Assembly: GCA_963772835.1 (NCBI GenBank)
Contig: CAVYYZ010000010.1
Location: forward strand, 1 to 26,007
DNA length: 26,007 nucleotides
From: an uncultured delta proteobacterium
Lineage (GTDB): Bacteria > Desulfobacterota > Desulfuromonadia > Geobacterales > Pseudopelobacteraceae
Direction of reading: 5' to 3'
The notes below the pieces were generated by a model. That model was not told the DNA's origin. It saw only the letters and a list, made by a program, of their open reading frames with translations, and did no database searches. A program made the position numbers and the translations under genes. Of this stretch, positions 20,820-26,007 are shown in pieces. Every line of letters starts with the position of its first letter. Position 1 is the first letter of the stretch.

Positions 20820-22187
20820 ATGTATATTCGCGATACGATAGCGGCTGTCAGCACCCCCCCTGGTAATGGCGGTATCGGCATAATCCGGGTGAGTGGAGAT
20901 CAGGCTGCCGCGGTCGGAAATACTATTTTCAAACCTGTTTATGACGGTGGCCTTGTGAGCCACCGTTTTTCTTTTGGTACGATCTGTGATTCCGTTACCG
21001 GAGAGAAGATCGATGAAGCTATGGCCGTATATATGCGTTCTCCTCGATCCTACACCCGTGAAGATGTTCTTGAGCTGCATTGCCATGGAGGGTGGCTGGT
21101 TGTCGAGCGGGTTTTGGCTTTGGTTCTTTCGTGCGGGGTCCGTCTGGCTGATCCGGGTGAATTTACGCGTCGTGCGTTTCTCAACGGACGTATCGATCTG
21201 ATCCAGGCTGAAGCGGTAATGGACATCATCGCCTCAAAGAGCGAATCCGCACTCCAGTTGGCCCAGAGGCAGCGTGAAGGCGCACTGTCTCAGCGCATCG
21301 ATAAGATCAGAGGATGTCTGCTTCAGGCCCTTGCTTTGGTTGAGGCGTATATCGATTTTCCTGACGATGATCTTGGCGAGACGGACGTTGCGGCCATTAT
21401 TGATTCTGTCGTGGAGGCACAAAATATAATTGCCGACCTTCTCTTCACTTTTGAAGAGGGGAGGATCATTCGCGACGGGATCTCGGTGCTGATTGTCGGT
21501 AAACCGAACGCTGGAAAGTCAAGTCTGCTTAACCGACTGCTGAACGAGAACCGTGCCATTGTCACTCATATCCCCGGAACAACCCGTGACATTATAGAGG
21601 AAACAATTACCTTTGAAGGCCTATCGGTTCGCTTGCTGGATACGGCCGGCATTCGCCATACGGATGACTTGGTTGAACAGGAAGGTATCAGCAGGGCGCT
21701 TGACAAAGTTGCGCAGGCGGATCTTGTGCTTGCGGTATTCGACGCATCAAAAGAGTTCAGCCGTGAAGATCGGATGCTCCTGGATGCACTTGCCGGGCGC
21801 AGGATAATCGCGGTATTTAACAAGACGGATCTTCCGCAGAAACTTATACTACCTGATGGCAGTTGTTTTGTTGCCTCGGTAAGTATCTCCGCACTTTCGG
21901 GAGATGGAATTGATCTGCTCAAGCAAACGGTCTGCAAACAATTCCTGCACTCGGCCGCCTCCGACTCCCGTGAATATGTTGCACTGTCGCGGGCTCGTCA
22001 CCGGGATGCACTGGTTTCGGCGCAACAATTCCTGCAACAATTCTCGCTTGGCCTGCGGGACCGCAACCTTGAATTGCTCGCTTTGGATCTGCGGGGTGCG
22101 CTTCAGGCGGTGGGGACGGTTACCGGCCAGACCGCTACGGACGAGGTCCTCGACCTCATATTTTCTTCGTTTTGTATCGGGAAATAA
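20820..22187 (+). CDS. mnmE: tRNA modification GTPase MnmE (TrmE)
   Basis: Motifs [48 protein letters not shown] and C-terminal FCIGK. Confidence 0.98.
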   Translation: MYIRDTIAAVSTPPGNGGIGIIRVSGDQAAAVGNTIFKPVYDGGLVSHRFSFGTICDSVTGEKIDEAMAVYMRSPRSYTREDVLELHCHGGWLVVERVLALVLSCGVRLADPGEFTRRAFLNGRIDLIQAEAVMDIIASKSESALQLAQRQREGALSQRIDKIRGCLLQALALVEAYIDFPDDDLGETDVAAIIDSVVEAQNIIADLLFTFEEGRIIRDGISVLIVGKPNAGKSSLLNRLLNENRAIVTHIPGTTRDIIEETITFEGLSVRLLDTAGIRHTDDLVEQEGISRALDKVAQADLVLAVFDASKEFSREDRMLLDALAGRRIIAVFNKTDLPQKLILPDGSCFVASVSISALSGDGIDLLKQTVCKQFLHSAASDSREYVALSRARHRDALVSAQQFLQQFSLGLRDRNLELLALDLRGALQAVGTVTGQTATDEVLDLIFSSFCIGK

Positions 22188-22192
22188 TGCCA

Positions 22193-22208
22193 TGTTTCAC
22201 GTGAAACC
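22193..22208. promoter_or_regulatory. parS centromere-like site (ParB binding)
   Basis: TGTTTCACGTGAAACC, a 15/16 match to the widespread parS palindrome TGTTTCACGTGAAACA, in the mnmE-mnmG spacer. Confidence 0.9.
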
Positions 22209-22232
22209 TATTTCAGGCGGTGGGCTGTCTTT

Positions 22233-24122
22233 ATGATGACTTATGATCAGGTATACGACGTAATCGTCGTTGGCGCAGGACATGCGGGTTGTGAGGCTGC
22301 TCTGGCGGCTGCCCGCATGGGATGCCGTACGATGCTGCTGACGATCAACCTGGATGCGATTGCCCTTATGTCCTGCAATCCGTCAATCGGCGGCTTGGCA
22401 AAGGGACACCTGGTCAAGGAAATCGATGCCCTGGGTGGCGAGATGGCGAAGAATATAGATGCTACCGGCATCCAGTTTCGCATCTTGAATACCAAAAAAG
22501 GACCTGCCGTCAGAGCTTCGCGCGCACAGGCAGATAAGCAGCTCTATCGCCTTCGAATGAAAAGCGTTCTCGAACAGCAGCCAAATCTTGACCTCAAGCA
22601 GGGGGAGGTCACTTCTCTGTATCTGAATGGAAGCGTGTTGCGCGGCGTCGAGCTGCGCTCCGGAATCAGATATCTCTCGAAAACGGTTGTTGTTACCACC
22701 GGCACCTTCATGCGCGGCCTTATCCATATAGGACTGAATAATTATCCCGGCGGCCGGGCCGGTGATCAGCCATCGATCGGCCTCTCGGATCAATTGCGGG
22801 AGCTCGGTTTTCTGGTAGGAAGGCTTAAGACAGGTACCCCCGCGCGGCTTGACGCCCGTTCTATTGATTTCTCGAAGCTTGAAACCCAATACGGTGACGA
22901 TCCACCGCAGCCGTTCTCTCTTTCTACCGAGCGGATCAGCATGCCGCAGTTGCCGTGCCACATCGCGTACACCAATCAGCGGTCCCATGAGATTATCCGC
23001 TCCGGCCTGGACCGTTCACCGCTCTATTCAGGGGTTATTGAGGGGATTGGACCACGCTATTGTCCCTCGATTGAAGACAAGGTTGTACGTTTTCCCGATA
23101 AGGACCGTCACCAGACGTTTATCGAGCCGGAGGGTCTTGATACAATCGAAGTTTATCCGAGCGGGATGTCGACGTCGCTGCCGATAGATATCCAGATAGC
23201 TTTTTACCGCTCTATTGTCGGCCTTGAGCGCGTTGAAATAATGCGTCCTGCGTACGCAATTGAATACGATTATGTTGATCCTATTCAGCTCCATAGCTCC
23301 CTTGAAACAAAGAGGATTAATAATCTGTATCATGCCGGCCAGATTAACGGCACCTCCGGCTATGAAGAAGCTGCCGGGCAGGGGCTCATCGCCGGCATCA
23401 ACGCGGCGCTCCGGGTAAAAGGTCGTGATCCGCTCGTTCTTGATAGAAGCCAGGCCTATATTGGTGTCATGATAGATGATCTGGTGACGCTCGGCACGAA
23501 AGAGCCGTATCGAATGTTTACTTCGCGAGCGGAATATCGGTTGTTGTTGCGTGAAGATAATGCTGATCTGAGGCTGCGTGAAATCGGGTATCAGCTTGGA
23601 CTCGTGTCAGAACAGGCGTTTCTCCGTTTTACCGATAAGCGGCGAATGATATCAGAAGAGCTGGAGCGCATCTCGGTTACCCGTTTGCAGCACTCTGAAA
23701 ATGAACTTGAAGTTCTTGCCCGTCATGGTCTTCAGGATATTCAGAAAGGTACAACTCTCGAACATCTTCTCAAAAGGTCGGATATCTGTTATTCCGATCT
23801 GGCCGAACTTGACCCTGTTTCACGTGAAACAGCTGCGGTAATCCGTGAGCAGGTTGAAATCCAGACAAAATACAAGGGGTATATTGATCGTCAGCTGGAA
23901 CAGGTAGAGCAATCGAAAAAGCTGGAATCCGCACGTATACCTGCAGCTCTTGATTATGCAGCGGTGAAAAGTCTGACCACGGAAGTTCGAGAAAAACTCT
24001 CAAAAAACAGGCCGGATACTCTTGGACAGGCTTCCAGAATCCCCGGTGTTACGCCGGCAGCTATTTCGATTCTGGCAATTGCCCTTAAATCCTCTTCGTG
24101 GAAGGATGCTGGTGAACAATGA
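22233..24122 (+). CDS. mnmG: tRNA uridine 5-carboxymethylaminomethyl modification enzyme MnmG (GidA)
   Basis: Motifs VIVVGAGHAGCEAA, MSCNPSIGG, RLKTGTP, GPRYCPSIEDK, AGQINGTSGYEEAA and EPYRMFTSRAEYRL. Confidence 0.99.
   Translation: MMTYDQVYDVIVVGAGHAGCEAALAAARMGCRTMLLTINLDAIALMSCNPSIGGLAKGHLVKEIDALGGEMAKNIDATGIQFRILNTKKGPAVRASRAQADKQLYRLRMKSVLEQQPNLDLKQGEVTSLYLNGSVLRGVELRSGIRYLSKTVVVTTGTFMRGLIHIGLNNYPGGRAGDQPSIGLSDQLRELGFLVGRLKTGTPARLDARSIDFSKLETQYGDDPPQPFSLSTERISMPQLPCHIAYTNQRSHEIIRSGLDRSPLYSGVIEGIGPRYCPSIEDKVVRFPDKDRHQTFIEPEGLDTIEVYPSGMSTSLPIDIQIAFYRSIVGLERVEIMRPAYAIEYDYVDPIQLHSSLETKRINNLYHAGQINGTSGYEEAAGQGLIAGINAALRVKGRDPLVLDRSQAYIGVMIDDLVTLGTKEPYRMFTSRAEYRLLLREDNADLRLREIGYQLGLVSEQAFLRFTDKRRMISEELERISVTRLQHSENELEVLARHGLQDIQKGTTLEHLLKRSDICYSDLAELDPVSRETAAVIREQVEIQTKYKGYIDRQLEQVEQSKKLESARIPAALDYAAVKSLTTEVREKLSKNRPDTLGQASRIPGVTPAAISILAIALKSSSWKDAGEQ
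23816..23831. promoter_or_regulatory. parS site embedded in the mnmG coding sequence
   Basis: Perfect TGTTTCACGTGAAACA (extends to the 18-bp palindrome CTGTTTCACGTGAAACAG), encoding (P)VSRET. Confidence 0.92.
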
Positions 24123-24781
24123 GTTCTCTTATTGGCGACATCGTAGCCCGGGAAGCGCATGCTCTACAGTTGTCGCTTTCGTCTGAAGAAATTGATTTAT
24201 TTGAACGTTATGCTGCTGAACTAATCAAATGGAACAGCAAGGTTAACCTGACTGCGATAACAAAAGACAAAGAGATAGCGATCAAGCACTTCATCGATTC
24301 TCTCAGCCTTGCCCCCTATATCACAGCAGGTGATCGGCTGCTCGATATAGGATCGGGGGCAGGACTTCCGATAATTCCCTTAAAAATCATCAGGCCTGAA
24401 ATCTCAATGGTCTCAGTAGATGCCGTTGCCAAAAAAATACATTTTCAGCGCCATGTCATCCGTATTCTGAATCTGAAAAATATTGAAGCTATTCACGCGC
24501 GAATTGAAGAGCTTCATAAACCGCATCGCAATTCATTCAGTGTCATTACCTCACGTGCGTTTACCCGGCTGGATCGTTTTGTTGCTCTTGCTGCTCCTTT
24601 GCTTGCTGAAGGAGGTGTGCTTATCGCGATGAAAGGGGAACAGGCGGATGATGAAATTGCTGCGAGCGATGAGACGGTTCACGCCGGCGGATTTACTGTC
24701 GTCTCCGTGCATCGTTATTCGCTGCCGCACAATATGGGCGAACGAGTACTTACCTTCATAAAACAGAGCCAAGTCCCATAA
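24119..24781 (+). CDS. rsmG: 16S rRNA m7G527 methyltransferase RsmG (GidB)
   Basis: Motifs WNSKVNLTAI, KHFIDSL, LDIGSGAGLP, TSRAF and MKG. It shares an ATGA overlap with the mnmG stop. Confidence 0.97.
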   Translation: MSSLIGDIVAREAHALQLSLSSEEIDLFERYAAELIKWNSKVNLTAITKDKEIAIKHFIDSLSLAPYITAGDRLLDIGSGAGLPIIPLKIIRPEISMVSVDAVAKKIHFQRHVIRILNLKNIEAIHARIEELHKPHRNSFSVITSRAFTRLDRFVALAAPLLAEGGVLIAMKGEQADDEIAASDETVHAGGFTVVSVHRYSLPHNMGERVLTFIKQSQVP

Positions 24782-24941
24782 AATAAGGGCTGGAATGGTC
24801 TGATTCCAGAAACGGTCTCTGGGGTGTTATTTTGGGATTTAAATAGTGTGATCAGGTTATTGCTGCTTTTCGCGTCCTGGCTGGTTTTTGGGCGGCTAGG
24901 TGCAGGAAGGATGTTTTTGGCGTGAAAATGCCGAGAATAAG

Positions 24942-24970
24942 TTGCAGATGAATAGAATCTGCACTAGAGT
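24942..24970 (+). promoter_or_regulatory. Putative sigma70 promoter with an overlapping palindromic operator, upstream of the thioesterase and mqnC
   Basis: TTGCAG-17 nt-TAGAGT, with the inverted repeat TGCAGAT-N7-ATCTGCA at 24943-24963. Confidence 0.5.
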
Positions 24971-25014
24971 AACCCGCTAACACTTCATTTGAACATATGG
25001 GGCAATGACAGGAA

Positions 25015-25417
25015 ATGGACGTCCGAATTTATTATGAGGATACCGATGCCGGCGGGGTCGTGTATCATTCCAATTACATCAAATATTTTGAGCGGGCACG
25101 AACGGAATATTTTCGCAGTCACGGTTTTCTCGTGGCGGAACTTGCCAGAAACGGTTTTGTGTTCCCGGTAGTACGGCTGGAAATCGATTTCAAGTCCCCT
25201 GCTTTTCATGATGATCTTCTTTCGGTTATTACCTGTCCAAGCCGTATCGGCGGTTCATCCGTTACGCTCAGCCAGAAAACAGTTCGACAAAGTGACGATA
25301 AGCTCCTGGTTGAGGGACTGGTTACGCTGGCCTGCATAAATCCGGCCCTGAAAGCCTCGGCGGATACCGTTGGACATCCGCCGGATGCTTGAAGCCGAAC
25401 TGGAGAGAGTCGCATGA
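25015..25417 (+). CDS. YbgC/FadM-family acyl-CoA thioesterase (one +1 frameshift near 25351)
   Basis: Hot-dog-fold motif VRIYYEDTDAGGVVYHSNYIKYFERARTE. Removing one A restores LKPRRIPLDIRRMLEAELERVA*, whose TGA (25415-25417) overlaps ATG 25414. Confidence 0.9.
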
Positions 25418-26007
25418 AGCTACTTCGGGAAATGCCATGAATACAATCGGTACGGGCAGAATAGAGCGTGCTGCGGCCCTTGATCTGCTGGTCAACGGAG
25501 ATCTGTTGTCTCTGGGGAAGAGCGCTGATGAAATCCGGAGACAGCTTCACCCCGATGGAGTGGTTACCTTTGTTGTCGATCGCAACGTTAACTATACCAA
25601 TATATGTGATTCGAAATGCTCGTTTTGCGCTTTTTACCGGAGCAAAGACGCCCCGGATGCCTATATTCTCACCCGTGAACAGATATATGGAAAGATAGCC
25701 GAGCTTGTTGAGCAGGGGGGGACCCAGCTTCTAATGCAGGGAGGACTTAACCCTGATCTTAAAATAAACTTTTTTGAAGAGCTTTTCCGGGAAATAAAGA
25801 AGCGCTTCCCAACGGTACAGAATCACTCCCTCTCCCCCGCGGAAGTAACCTGTATTGCAGATAACTCCGGCCTTACGCTCGATGAAACGCTTCTCCGCCT
25901 CAAAAACTCCGGACTCGATTCTATTCCGGGAGGAGGCGCCGAGATTTTGGTAGATGAAGTGCGCAGCAGCATATCTCCCAAAAAAATCGGCTGGAAACAG
26001 TGGGGTG
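25414..26007 (+). CDS. mqnC: Cyclic dehypoxanthinyl futalosine synthase (radical SAM), partial; runs off the window edge
   Basis: Not in the ORF track because there is no stop. The frame from ATG 25437 reads ...LHPDGVVTFVVDRNVNYTNICDSKCSFCAFYR...GGTQLLMQGGLNP...GLDSIPGGGAEILVDEVR, with a CxxxCxxC motif. The start is either ATG 25437 or ATG 25414 with one base missing near 25433. Confidence 0.88.

Noticed and set aside
24774..24837. Short hairpins after rsmG (CTGGAAT/ATTCCAG and an imperfect outer AAAATAA/TTATTTT)
   Set aside because: Weak stems with no adjacent U-tract; insufficient support for a terminator or ncRNA.
24917..24932. TTGGCGTGAAAATGCC as a sigma54 promoter
   Set aside because: The GG-to-GC spacing is 9 nt rather than the required 10.

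Overview
This is the chromosomal replication-origin region of a Geobacteraceae/Desulfuromonadia-like bacterium; the taxonomy is inferred from gene order and protein style. The minus strand carries dnaA-oriC-dnaN-recF-gyrB-gyrA, a terminator, a HEAT-like hypothetical gene, gpsA, ispF and then an accessory two-partner secretion pair (TpsB pore and an HMW/FHA-type TpsA). The plus strand carries rpmH-rnpA-yidD-yidC-mnmE-mnmG-rsmG, a YbgC-family thioesterase and a partial mqnC. Cis-elements visible in the sequence include an oriC unwinding module (tandem DnaA boxes, GGACC, DnaA-trio-like runs), TTATCAACA-type DnaA boxes, two parS sites (one inside mnmG), several sigma70 promoters and a 9-nt-periodic palindrome between gpsA and ispF. 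Sequence quality is imperfect. Single-base frameshifts interrupt dnaN, gyrA, gpsA, yidC, the thioesterase and probably mqnC. The first ~1.38 kb looks chimeric (a ~74% GC purL fragment, an error-rich oxidoreductase fragment and a TPR fragment), so the apparent TpsA-TPR fusion is most likely an artefact. I found no well-supported wholly new system. The best leads are the periodic palindrome, the origin-proximal TPS module, the uncharacterised HEAT-like protein and the non-canonical DnaA boxes.
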